Of a stretch of 64,000 nt of DNA, positions 12,461-24,313 are shown one piece after another; the stretch's first letter is position 1, and every line of letters starts with the position of its first letter. The notes under the pieces are model-generated. The model saw nothing but the letters and a program-made list of their open reading frames with translations, ran no database searches and was not told the origin of the DNA. The translations under genes and the position numbers were made by a program. Origin of the DNA: Ostrea edulis (taxonomy: Eukaryota); NCBI RefSeq assembly GCF_947568905.1, contig NC_079172.1, positions 59,706,001 through 59,770,000 of the forward strand, read 5' to 3'.

Positions 12461-13562
12461 GATACAACTGCCATCAATAGCCACCAGGTGTCTTCTGTGA
12501 ATGTAGAATTTGACACTACATTGAAAGTCTATTACCATCAGGAAACAGGTACGGCAGGGAAAATAGACTTCCAAGACTCCTTAGATAAGAATACAACGGA
12601 GAAACTGGTAAGGAATCAAATAGTTTATGTATAATGAATGTGTATATCTATAAAAGATACTGATTAAAGACAATTCTCATGTAAACTATTTTTTCGTAAA
12701 TATTAATTCAAAAGTGGTTTTCATTTAAGTACAGTATGATTAATAATTCATCGTTTCATCCCATAAAATACATTCACTATACATGCATGCACTGCAATTA
12801 AAACATGACATTTTTGTTTTAGATAAATGCTATAGCCTCTCTGCACGTTGGAGATAATGCAGGAGAGATTAGTAGAACAATAATGAGATGTGTTATGACC
12901 AACAATTGCATGAAGCAGTTTAATGGATCTCATATCACAACTGGAACTGGTCAGAAATGAAAAAATTGCCTTTATTGGAACACCACTTTACCAAATTATC
13001 CTTTGTAAGTTTAAACAATGCAAGTGTGGTATATTAAATGAAAAAATAATAAACTAAAAGATACAGTTCCATCATTTTGATTTAATTTCAATACATGTTG
13101 TATGTGTCATTTCAACTAATGCTGTAATTTGACGGTTTTAAACACACGCACCATAATATAACCTTTTTACAATGAATTCCATTTCACATTTTTATAGCTA
13201 CTGCACGTAAAGCATCGAAGAAAACTATCTCGTTTGAGACAATCAAACGAGAAGTTTTAGACGTCTCTCGGGTTTGTTCCATATCTTCCTGGAGGAACTA
13301 ATTATGCTAAGGTATAAATGAAGTTGGTCGTCGGGAATATACAGTAAACTATCGTCAAATCTTATGCTAGTTTGTATATACAACTCTGTATCATATCACC
13401 TGTGGCTCATCAGATGTTTGAATATACATAGTACATACAGTTGTCCGCAAAAATGAGTAATAGTTTTGTGAATTTAGGTTTCATGTTCAAATCTTTCTTT
13501 TCAGATAAAAGATGGAAAGGAATTCAAATTAAAACGACGAATCTCCATCAGATTCGGAATAA
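12461..13562 (+). pseudogene. Four-exon frameshifted gene remnant with a DUF4806-like domain
   Basis: Exons 12461-12607, 12823-13004, 13198-13311 and 13505-13562 have AG/GT ends. The joined peptide ...EKL|INAIASLHVGDNAGEISRTIMRCVMTNNCMKQFNG..(fs)NEKIAFIGTPLYQIIL|STARKASKKTISFETIKREVLDV(fs)LGFVPYLPGG resembles the DUF4806 pattern. Exon lengths require frameshifts. Confidence 0.55.
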
Positions 13563-13639
13563 CATCGAGTGATTTTTCAAAAATACAAACTTTATTTGTA
13601 AAGAAAAGTGTTGTTTATTTTGTTACAGTTCAGGTTTTC

Positions 13640-14051
13640 ATATTCACAATTTATATAAAACATTTGTGAAAGGGTTTGAAAACATTTATCAGAATTGTTT
13701 GAAGAATGTCATATATAATATTGTAAAACTGAATTTTAAATGCTTTCAAAATGTTTCTATAAATGTTCTCAAGACATTTCTTCTAAATTTTATCAAATGG
13801 TTTCTTTGAAATGTTCTCAAAACGTTTGTTTTAAATGTTCTTAAAGTGTCTCTTAGAAAACTTTTTATAATGTTTCATGAAATGTTTTTAAAACATTCTG
13901 CTAAAATGTTATCTACAAAAAAGTTTTAAACACGTTTCTGAGACCATACAAAATCACTTGAATAAAACATTTTGTACCATGTTTTCCCAACATTTTTTAT
14001 ATGTTATTAAAGTATTTTTAAAACACATCTAATAGTATACTTTTTACCTGG
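13640..14051. repeat. Cluster of AAACATTT/AAATGTT(T)C short repeats, possibly the subterminal region of an EnSpm/CACTA-type element ending at TTTTTACCTGGA
   Basis: More than 10 dispersed AAACATT/AATGTT motifs in both orientations. No matching left end was found. Confidence 0.3.
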
Positions 14052-14349
14052 ATGATTGTGTAAGTTCGTAAAATAATAGTATGTTGTTGTACAAGTCATG
14101 TTTATAGGACAGAAAAAGAGAATAGTGAATTAGTAAATAAATGTAATCATACACAAAATGATGTGGTTGATGTATCTTAGTATTGAATTACATGCACAAT
14201 ATATTTATCATTGAAATAAGTATGATTTACTATTATTGATTATCATACACTATGAATTAACCGTTATTTATGAACAATTTTTTTCCGAAAAAAATTAGAA
14301 TAATTAATTTGTCTTAAGACTTTTACATTTTACTCCGTTCTATTCATAT

Positions 14350-15065
14350 ACAGTAAAACACTTTTATAGCGAAGTTCTTGGTTTGTTACAGACGTAATAC
14401 GTTAATCATTATATCTAAAAAGTTCAGGATGTGGTCTAAAACTACACGGAATAAAATCACTTTGCTGCAAGTGTGAGTTCATCATAAGCGTGTTCGCTGT
14501 AACCTTGTTTTACTGTACGTGTGAGTTCATTATAAATGTGTTTGCTGTAACCGTGCTTTACTGTAGTTATGAATTCATTATATGTTTTACTGTAAATGTG
14601 AATTCATAATAAGCGTGTTCTCTGTAACCGTATTTTACTGTAAGTGTGAGTTCATTATAAATGTGTTTGCTGTAACGGTATTTTACTGTAAGTGTAAGTT
14701 CATTATAAATGTGTTCGCTGTAACTGTGTTTTACTGTAAATGTGAGTTTATTATAATTGTGTTCCTTGTAACCGTGTTTTACTGTAAGTGTGAGTATATT
14801 ATAATTGTGGTTAGGGTTAGGGTTAGGGTTATTATATTTATTTATTATAAAAGTGTTCGCTGTAACCGTGCTTTACTGTAAGTGTGAGTTCATTATAAAT
14901 GTGTTTGCTGTAACAGTATTTTACTGTAAGTGTAAGTTCATTATAAATGTGTTCGCTGTAACTGTGTTTTACTGTAAATGTGAGTTTATTATAATTGTGT
15001 TCCTTGTAACCGTGTTTTACTGTAAGTGTGAGTATATTATAATTGTGTTCACTGTAACCGCGCTT
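14350..15065. repeat. TACAGTAAAAC-terminated MITE whose right end is amplified as a 47-bp tandem array (about 12 units)
   Basis: Left end TACAGTAAAACAC at about 14350. Unit GTGTTCGCTGTAACCGTGTTTTACTGTAAGTGTGAGTTCATTATAAAT contains its reverse complement GTGTTTTACTGTA. Confidence 0.8.
14809..14831 (+). repeat. Interstitial telomeric-type tract GG(TTAGGG)3TTA
   Basis: Directly visible inside the 47-bp array. Confidence 0.9.
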
Positions 15066-15862
15066 TATTATACCGAGCGAAGCTCGGACGGGCCGAAGGC
15101 CCTATCCGCGAAGCAAGGCTCTAAAGGTAACACGTATGTAAAAGAAAAAAGTCAAAATAAGCAAAAGAAAAAGAGATAATCTCTATATACGTTCACTGAA
15201 ATTTTCGTGATCCATATGGGCGCCGCCATTTATTTTTTCATTACCTGCTTCAACAGTTATTCGTGTTTTATTTTGAATGCCAATAATAGAAGACTCTGAC
15301 GTGCAATTCGTAATTTAAACACTCAGTTTGTTCAAAGTGAATAGTATAATTATCATTGTAACAGGTTTTAGCAAATAATTACATATAAAACCGTAATTCG
15401 ACTTAATAGATGAACGAGTTCATGAGTTTCTTTGAATAAGTATATACGATAAAATTACGGTTACTTTTTTACCATTTTGAATTTATTGGTTAATTTTGTT
15501 TAGTTATATAACGGCCTTTTTCATTGTATACGGAATGTATTATTGTTGTTTATAATTGTTTGCTTTGAAAAAGAGAAAAAAGTGGAGGCTAAATGTGACG
15601 TCACAATGCACAGTTTACGTCGCCTTGCGTTTTATTTCCCGCGTTCAATGAATAGGTGGATCCTGTAAAACTGTTGTCCCCATATAAACCCCTTTAATAT
15701 TGAGATGTTACTGGGTTTTAGCGCAAGGAAAATTTCATTAGAAACATATATTTTTAAATGAATCATAATCTACCGTACTTAACGGAATTATGATTACAGC
15801 TTGGGACACTCCAATGACCATTACATGATTCGCTCGGTCCAACGGTCACACCGTATACATAT
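15066..15862 (+). mobile_element. Non-autonomous Helentron (HINE)-type element
   Basis: Subterminal inverted repeats ACCGAGCGAA (15072-15081) and TTCGCTCGGT (15829-15838). 5' hairpin GGGCCGAAGGCCC and 3' palindrome ACGGTCACACCGT (15842-15854). The 47-bp array sequence resumes after it. Confidence 0.7.
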
Positions 15863-15935
15863 TAAGTATGAATTCATTATGTGTTTTACTGTATTTATTA
15901 TAAGATATGTATTGTTTAATGATCAACATTAATGG

Positions 15936-16490
15936 AAAGTGAAGATAACGAACAGTGATCAATCTCATAACTCCTATAACCAATACAAAATAGATAGTTG
16001 GGCAAACACGGACCCCTGGATACAGTAGAGGTGGGATCAGGTGCCTAGGAGGAGTAAGCATCCCCTGTTGACCGGTCACACCCGCCGTGAGCCCTATATC
16101 CTGATCATGGAGACGAAGGTATCCGTAGTCAAAATTAAGGTGCCAAGAACGGCCTAACAACCGGTATGAAACACGTCGGACAGCATTTGGCCCAATGATA
16201 GGTTGTCTTGGCAAACTAGATCGTTAAAATGGCCCATAACATTTGCGAAATGCTGACTAAACGAGACTGTTGAAACCCCTGCACCATCTACTTGTTTGGC
16301 AGTATCCTGTCTCGATTAAAAAACTGCCTGTACGCAGAACAAGCTCTTGCGTCACGAATCAGTTATGATATATGAACACCATATACAGGTGGTAATGGAA
16401 TATTGATACATAAATGTAGGAATTGACGATGGAGAAGGTGAAATAATCTTGTTTGTCATAAAGTTGGGTTGCTAGTTTGCCGTGTATGTG
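15936..16490 (-). mobile_element. PLE 3' fragment
   Basis: Family tail plus the RT thumb region (NFMTNKIISPSPSSIP on the minus strand corresponds to YDKRDDFSFSIVNFP in other copies). Confidence 0.85.
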
Positions 16491-16725
16491 ACATAACACT
16501 TCCCTTTAAGATGTGAAATGACACTTCCTGTTTTAGGATGTTGTTTTCCAATCCATACAACTTTGGCTGATGAATAATTGCTTGGTTATTCAGATACACA
16601 GGACCAATAATATAGTTCTCTAGCCATAAATCTCGGCCATAGGAAATAAATGTAGTGTCATCAACATATAATGAATGTCTATATTTTCTTCCATTGTTAT
16701 TTTTGCTTTCTTCAATAAAATCCAA
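16490..16725 (-). mobile_element. Possible L1/Tx1 RT fragment
   Basis: SLYVDDTTFI resembles the non-LTR RT YADD motif. Short and degenerate. Confidence 0.3.
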
Positions 16726-16757
16726 ATTTCATTGTATTGTGGCATCACATTCGTTAA

Positions 16758-17399
16758 GGTAATTCCGCCCCTCTAAAATTATAGGTTCAATCTTGTATTT
16801 GATTCTGGATTCTTGAAATGATAAAGCTTAGTAACAAGTATAAATGATGAAATAACTTAATAAAATATGTTGCGGTATTAATATAAAAATAGTTATCAAT
16901 TAGCACAATATACCTGTTATCAACGTCAGAAACTTGCAATTATCTGCACGTGCATTCGTGTGTGCTTCATTTTGATTGAATAAGATTCAAACGTCTATAG
17001 CTCTCTTTAAAAAGGGAAGGGGAAGATATTTAAAGCATTATCAATAATTCACAAAAACTGGATGTAACGATGTAATAGTATTCATAACAATTTCATGAAA
17101 GTGTTTCTTTAAAAAAATATACAAAATGTTTGTGAAAAAAGGAGGAACTCGATTGCATAATGGACTTGATAAATTATTTAATGGAAACAGAGTTATTACC
17201 CTTGGTATCAATATTTTAAAACATATAATTGATTTTATGGTTAACAAGATATTTTACAGTAACTATTGGAAAAGACTCCAACAAATTGTATGTTCTTGTC
17301 ATGAATAAATATTAATGCTTTTCATTTGATTTCTTGATAATTTCTTGATAATCATTGACTTTGCAAAATATTACGACGTCACAGGAGGGTGGCAATACC
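16758..17399. mobile_element. TTAA-flanked MITE (Kolobok-like), copy 1
   Basis: TTAA|GGTAATTCCGCCC ... GGGTGGCAATACC(T)TTAA. Internal blocks are shared with copy 2. Confidence 0.6.
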
Positions 17400-17713
17400 T
17401 TTAAGTTTTTAAGTATTTGAAACTCTCTTTTGTCTTATTTATATCAGCAATACGTTGACAATTCACTGTACAAATGGAATGGATTTGATGATGAATTAAT
17501 CATCATGACGTGAACAGAATATCACTGCACACAAATGAGACATGCAGGTTCTTGTAAACATGCTCGACTTGTTACCTCCATTAAGGAAAATGTTATTTCT
17601 TAAAGAGGGAAAATGAATCCCATCTGTTAGAACTGGATTTGGGTTTAACTTAATGTATGGATGTACTCTCTTCCTCACTACAGTGTTCGCTGTGCTGGAT
17701 TTAAGGCACTTAA

Positions 17714-17940
17714 GGTAATTCCATCCTTCTAGAATTGATTGTTTATTATTCAAGTAATGTATCTTAGTAACGAATAAGAATGATAAAATAAGTATGTTTG
17801 ATATATCTTATGGTTAACAAGATGTTTTACAATAGTTATTGAAAAAGACTCCAACAAAATGTATGTTCCTGCCATGCATAAATCTGATTAAATCATTGAC
17901 TTTGAGAAATCTTATGACGTCACAGGAGGGTGGAACTACG
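17714..17940. mobile_element. TTAA-flanked MITE (Kolobok-like), shorter copy 2
   Basis: TTAA|GGTAATTCCATCC ... GGGTGGAACTACG|TTAA. Shares GGTTAACAAGAT.TTTTACA...AAAAGACTCCAACAAA and GACGTCACAGGAGGGTGG with copy 1. Confidence 0.65.
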
Positions 17941-17947
17941 TTAATTT

Positions 17948-17950
<3 letters not shown>

Positions 17951-18021
<71 letters not shown>
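17951..18021. repeat. (CT)n microsatellite
   Basis: Directly visible. Confidence 0.98.
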
Positions 18022-18025
<4 letters not shown>

Positions 18026-18262
18026 TTTACTTTCAAAACGAAAGGTGCAACTTCCGTCCCCCTTCTCCAATTAATTACGTATGTGTTTTCACATGTCAAA
18101 CTTATGGTTATGAGAAGAATTTTTAAAACAAAAGCTCATATATTGTTATATATATTTTCTCTCCTTTTGTGGCCCTGCTCAATTTACAAAGTCATATCTG
18201 TTAGATATATCACATGTCGACAGATATATGTCACACGTAAAAATATTAATATAGTATATATA

Positions 18263-18396
18263 CCAGGGTACCAGTCGTATAGAATCAGTGGGTCCGCCCC
18301 CTTCACTTGTTTCTGATTGATTAGTGACAGCCGCCAGCTAAATAAAGCGGCGACCCCACATAAACGAAGTGGCGACCACCAGTTTCTCTACCCTGG
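18263..18396. mobile_element. Small MITE with probable TA duplication
   Basis: TA|CCAGGGTA ... TACCCTGG|TA. Confidence 0.5.
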
Positions 18397-18670
18397 TACC
18401 TACTGGCTTCCATACAGAATATTCGGTGTGGGTAGTACTACGCAAATTTTTCTAACGAAAACCGCTGGATCTTTATTTTTCTTTTAATTGTTTCGTAATG
18501 GTTTATCACCTCTCTCAAGATCCGCCGTTTATGGTTGCAAAATTTTGATTTCAAATATATAGCTGCTACATAAAGGAAGAGACTATAACAGATCAGTCGA
18601 TCAAAAAATCAAACATTCTTGAGATCTCCGCCCTTAAAGACGAAACAACAAGGATCGTATACCAGTGTCC

Positions 18671-18995
18671 TCTGTCAGGAACGTTCTGCTGCCACTCTAG
18701 ATCATCTTCACTCTATCAGGAACGTTCTGCTGCCAATCCAGATCATCTTCACTCTGTCAGGAACGTTCTGCTGCCACTCCAGATCATCTTCACTCTGTCA
18801 GGAACTTTCTGCTGCCACTCCAGATCATCTTCACTCTGTCAGGAACGTTCTGCTGCCACTCCAGATCATCTTCACTCTGTCAGGAACGTTCTGCTGCCAC
18901 TCCAGATCATCTTCACTCTGTCAGGAACGTTCTGCTGCCACTCCAGATCATCTTCACTCTGTCAGGAACGTTCTGCTGCCAATCCAGATCATCTT
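18671..18995. repeat. 41-bp minisatellite, about 8 copies
   Basis: Unit CTGTCAGGAACGTTCTGCTGCCACTCCAGATCATCTTCACT. Confidence 0.95.
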
Positions 18996-19204
18996 AACTC
19001 CACCAGATAGTTAACGGTAGCCCAAATCTCTTCTTGTAGTGGGATTATTTCTGTCCCGTTTTTGGATATTAGAGCTAGAACGGCTTTCCAGTGAGTGTTA
19101 AGGAGGTATCAGGTTCAGTCGACCTTAATAGCACCTTTCAGATCTCACAGATATTTTGCTTGTAAGGAAAGCAATACACCAAAGAACCCCAACCACGACC
19201 AATG

Positions 19205-19325
19205 ATCACTCTGTACCCACTCTGTACCCACTGTGTGAGTAGTCACTCTGTACCCACTGTGTGAGTAGACATACGACCAATGGTCACTCTGTACCCACTG
19301 TGTGAGTAGTCACTCTGTACCCACT
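19205..19325. repeat. Short compound tandem repeat (CACTCTGTACCCACTGTGTGAGTAGT-type)
   Basis: Directly visible, about 4-5 partial units. Confidence 0.85.
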
Positions 19326-19889
19326 CCAAATCTGCCCTGATCTCCTTGGGTCACCAGATTGTAACCCTAGAACTCCAAAGAGATTTCGGGGAATGATAAT
19401 CTTAGAACACCTCTACCTTCTTTCGCCTCACATAAAGCATTGGACCTAGATAGGCATCCATTAAACCCTGATATTGTCTATGAAACGCGGAAAATATCAA
19501 AGTTCAGGTGAGCTAAACCTCTTGCCTGCATGACATCGATTGATCGATTGTTTATTGAATTTTCAAAATGTTATATATCAATACAATGCAATATACATCA
19601 ATACTTGAAAGAGGTTAAGAATTAACAATGCTCTGGCATTCACACACACGTAAATTTGATTGAGCACCTAACTACTGTTAACCCCATGCAGCAGGCATTT
19701 ATATTGTTAACCTCCAGCAGAAATTATTTTTATCTATAGCCTTTAACAAGAAAGTTATGGCTAATTTAGTACCAACAAATGATGGAAAATTAATGCACGT
19801 GCATAAACACGAATGTGAGTATGAATCAACATTTTTTGATTGACAGGCATTTGAATGATACTAAGGTATGATTTTCATAACGTTTGCAA

Positions 19890-20990
19890 CTTTTTTTTTC
19901 AAAGTTTCAAATATTATTTATTTCAAGTTTCATATAAACAAATAACAGATACAGTAACATGTAAAATTTTCAATAATATATACATGTACTATGAACATTA
20001 GGTAGACTAGACGAAATTTTCAAAAAGTTTATAATCAGCAAGTGAATAGAGATTTTTCAAAATATAAGCATAACTCATTACTGATATTAAAATATTATAA
20101 CAAGTTTCATCTAGTGAGTATAACCTACAATACATTTTATATTTGTATATTCTGTAAGCTATATAAGAAATAAGCAAATTTAATGACTTAATCTTTCTAC
20201 TGTGTTCACGAAAAAAAAAATCATAATGTGTTTCCATTTTATATGTACATTTAGATCAGCACTTCATACATTCCATACGTGAACTACATTCTCACATTCA
20301 AAACTAAGGTGTATTGAAGTTTCCTTTATGTAACAGTTATTGCAATTACTATTTGTTTCTCTTTTCCATTGATTGAGAAATACATTATTACAAAGAATAT
20401 TATTTAAAAGCTTGTAGTTAAATTCAGACAACTCCTTATCAGGAATATCAAATACTTTATATTGATAGATATATTCCCATGCTACATGTTCAATGTTAAA
20501 CTCGTCATTTAAAACTCTTTGATAATGTGGTTTACAATACTTCTTATATACAAGATATTCATAAAAGAAGCTGCATCTTTGGTCTCTAACATTCACAATC
20601 CCAGTGTAGTAAAGAGAGTTATTTCTGTGTTGTATGTTTGTAAACTTTCAGTTAGAGAAATCTCTATTTAAGTTTGAAAAAATCTGAAAAATGTTTGAAA
20701 TTGCCTCGCTCATTAAACAAATCTTTCACATACAAAACTCCACATGATATCCAGTTCTTAAAATACAATGTATTACCTTTATAAAGAAGATGACGATTGT
20801 TCCATATTGGTTGTTGTAAAATTCCATCCGATGAAACATTGTCTAAAGTACGCAATTTCCATAATGTTTGCAACTTACATAGAAGAGTTGTGATGATTTT
20901 GAAATGATCCAATCCGAATTTGGCATACGTGCTTACCAGTATCTTTGACTATAACAAATTGTAAGGAGTATCAAGATATATATACAACAT
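19890..20990 (-). mobile_element. L1/Tx1-clade non-LTR retrotransposon 3' fragment (ORF2 C-terminus, zf-RVT region)
   Basis: QPIWNNRHLLYKGNTLYFKNWISCGVLYVKDLF, then EFNYKLLNNILCNN...CNNCYIKETSIHLSFEC (CxxC..H...C). A-rich tail near 19890. Confidence 0.8.
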
Positions 20991-21760
20991 AAATTTCATA
21001 AGAGTGTGACAAAAGAAAAACGTAATGGTCCTTCCAGGAATTGTTCAAGATGATGCACTTGCTTGGGTTTTGTTATTACATTCCTCTATATATTTAAATA
21101 TCTTCCCATTCCCCCTTTTTAAAGAGAGATATAGACGTTTGAATCTTATTCAATCAAAACGAAGCACACACGCATGCACGTGCAGGTTGATGATTTTGAC
21201 CATGTGAATCAGTTTGGAGTCTCACGATGTACCTACAATACAAATTTCAAATGATTCCATCGCGAAAGTATAGCTAAAAAAAGAAACACGAAGACTTTTA
21301 GTAAAGCTTTCGCACTTTCATTTCATATATTCAGAAGCTTTATATTTAGTAATATAGCTATATCAATGTACAAAACATGCCATGCAGAAAAAATATATTA
21401 AGTGAGATTAAACCGGGTGCTATCACTGCTATGGGGAAAAGTCATTTTGTGCATGCACAAGTTTTCACTAAGGCAAATCAGATCAGAGCTCGGCCTTCTC
21501 CCGTTTTTTTATCGCCTTGACGTAAAAGACCGAGAGATGTTCAATTGCATCGTAGCTTGATGTCATGTCCTTTATTGATACATTGGAATCCAACAGGTCG
21601 CGTATATAGTGAGGTGTCACCTTGCACAAACACATGTGTATCGGAATCAGCAATGTTTTATAAACAATTGTCGAAAGAATTAAAGTTCTTTATGCTTAGT
21701 GAAAAACAGACAAACAGACAAAACAGACAAAAACAGACAGTTATTAATGTTATTGAGTGC

Positions 21761-22720
21761 AAGGTGAAGATAACGAATAGTGATCAATCTCATAACTCCT
21801 ATAAGCAATACAAAATAGATAGGTGGGCAAATACGGACCCCTGGACACACCAGGGGTGGGATCAAGTACCTAGGAGGAGTAAGCATCCCCTGTTGACCGG
21901 TCACACCCACCGTGAGCCCTGTATCCTGATCAGGTAAACAAATCAGGTAAACGGAGTTATCCGCAGTCAAAATCAGTGTGCCAAGAACGGCTTAACAATC
22001 GGTATGAAACACTTTGACCCTATGCGAGGTTGTATTGACGAACTAGATCGTTATAACGACCATAGAATTTGCGAAATGCTGACTTCAATCGAGACTGTTG
22101 AAACCCCTGTACCATCAACTTGTTTGTCAGTAACTTACCGCGATTTAAAAACTGACTACGTAGAACAAGCTCTTGTATATCGAATCAGTTGAGATGTATA
22201 AACACCATATGCAGGTGATAATGGAATATTGCTATATAAATATGGGAAGTTGACGATGGAGAAGCTGAAATCATCCCGTTTGTCATACAGTTGAGCTGTC
22301 AGTTTGCCGTTAATGTCTACTTTCAATAAAATATCTAAGTATGAAGCAGAAGTGGACGATTATGTGGTGTCCTTTATTTCGAGTTCACAGGAATATATCA
22401 AATCGACATATGAATGAAAGCTATTATTGTTAATAGACAAAACGTCTTCGATATATCGAAATGTCGAATTGAAGGCCACAGCGAGAGATTCTTTCTTCTC
22501 ACGTAGAAGTTTTTGAATAAATTCTGCTTCATTTGAATATAGAAACAGGTCAGCTAACAAAGGATCACAATTCGTGCCCATGGGAATTCCAACAGACTGT
22601 TGGAAGACCTGATCACCAAACATCACAAAGATATTGTCAATGAGGAACTCTAGCATATTCTTTTATTTCAACTTCAGAGTACTTGTGCGTGGAATCAGAG
22701 TGGTGTTTAACAAAGTAAGT
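21761..22720 (-). mobile_element. PLE 3' fragment with RT core and thumb, no C-terminal GIY-YIG (Naiad-like)
   Basis: MLEFLIDNIFVMFGDQVFQQSVGIPMGTNCDPLLADLFLY...FRYIEDVLSINN...ELEIKDTT, followed by the thumb and the family tail. Confidence 0.9.
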
Positions 22721-23865
22721 TTTGTGAGTCGGATTAAATGATTAATGTATGGAGTCTAATTCATACATATTTATATGACAATATATCTACATCAGCAATG
22801 GTCGTCAAAGGAAGTAATATTTTGTTGTTAATACCTTAAAATGCACATTATTTTTGTTGTACTGAGCTTTTGAAACGAGAAAGAATATTTAAGCTTGCGA
22901 GTTACCAAACTATCATTGTATTAAGGATATTTGTTGCCAGATTTTTGAATTACATTTGTAAGGTAAGAAACTCGAACATTATTATCCAGACCAGATTGTG
23001 TAACTTTTTAAGATACAGATCAAATACAAGGATGACTCTTAATTCTGAGGTTAAAGGTCAATGCTACAAATATTTTATATCCATTAAGTCTATGCATCAT
23101 TACAGCTCTAGCTATATGACTTATAATGAAATACTTGCATGTTTCAGGATTTTAAAATCCAATGTTATTTCAACCTAAAATATTAAGTTTCTATTAGAAA
23201 CACATGCCTAGGATCCACGTATTGCAGACCTGTATTCATAAAGTATAACAACGTTCTTGTCTTTTATATAGGTTGAAGGTTACATGTAAGACAAACTTTT
23301 TAATATGCCCGGGTCTGCATATAGTAAGTAAATGAATATGTAAATGTAATGAAACAGAGTCTCTACATATGGTAAATAAATAAAATTATAAATGGATCTA
23401 TATATAATTTTTATAGCGGATTACTTTGATATACATGTATACAGTATTTTGTTTTTTTATTAATTGAAAAAGTTTAATTCCCAGGAGGACATCCTGTACT
23501 TTGATTGTTAAAAAAGGTCGTGTTTTCATAAAGGTTAATAATCATGTTTGTCACATAGAATGAATTAATTGGCAATCTGACAAAGTCAAGACAAAGTTTT
23601 GTTCCTTATACATTGTACCGTTAATATTAGCCACATCTCATTCAATAATTCCTCAAAATGTTGACCACTACGTTTCCGATACGCTGCTAATACAGAAAAG
23701 TACTCTGTTTAAAACGACCCAATCAGTAGGCGATAGAAAAAAATAAATATAGAAAAAAATCGATGTGACGATGTATTTTTGCACCTTGCTGATTATATGT
23801 CGATCCTAATGAAAATTTCAACTAATGAAATCTATAAAGTGTGTACACCAAACCTTCAATACAAC

Positions 23866-24262
23866 CAGTGGCGGATTTAGAGGGGGCGCAGCCGCACCCC
23901 CCCCCCCTAAAATTTTCAAATTTAAGGTAAATCGCAGTATCTTGTTTCGGAAATGGTACTAAACGATAAAAGAAACAATAATATCTTTCACTTCCGGAGA
24001 AATAAATGACAAAATCTTTTGATTTCTTGAATTAATTTATTGGGAGAACTTAATTTTTTCCAAAAATCTCTTAAAATTTGGGTCATTTGATTAATTTCAC
24101 CTTATTAAAATGATAGAAAATAGTACAAATTACTAAATAGGAGAAATATTTTAAGCCCCATAAGATCTGTAAAATCCAGGAGCGTCCGGGGCTTCACCCT
24201 CGACCCACTGCATCATAAAGTGGCGCCCCCCCCCCTAACCGCAATTCCTTGATCCGCCCCTG
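23866..24262. mobile_element. MITE with CAG(T/G)GGCGGAT terminal inverted repeats
   Basis: CAGTGGCGGATTTAG.GGGGG ... CCCCCTAACC..GATCCGCCCCTG. Confidence 0.75.
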
Positions 24263-24313
24263 ACAACAGAGTATGCTGGAAAACGGTCGGTGTAGATATA
24301 AAGTTCTTTAATA

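Noticed and set aside
14582-15179. Cys-rich repetitive ORFs (FYCKCEFII..)
   Set aside because: Products of the 47-bp tandem array; the period is not a codon-preserving design and there are no splice or start signals.
15936-16200. Hammerhead, HDV ribozyme or SECIS in the PLE tail
   Set aside because: No CUGAnGA plus GAAA core. The CTCCTCC loop lacks the HDV L3 G and a nested pseudoknot could not be built. The ATGA near the end has no apical AA or closing GA. A covariance search is still advisable.
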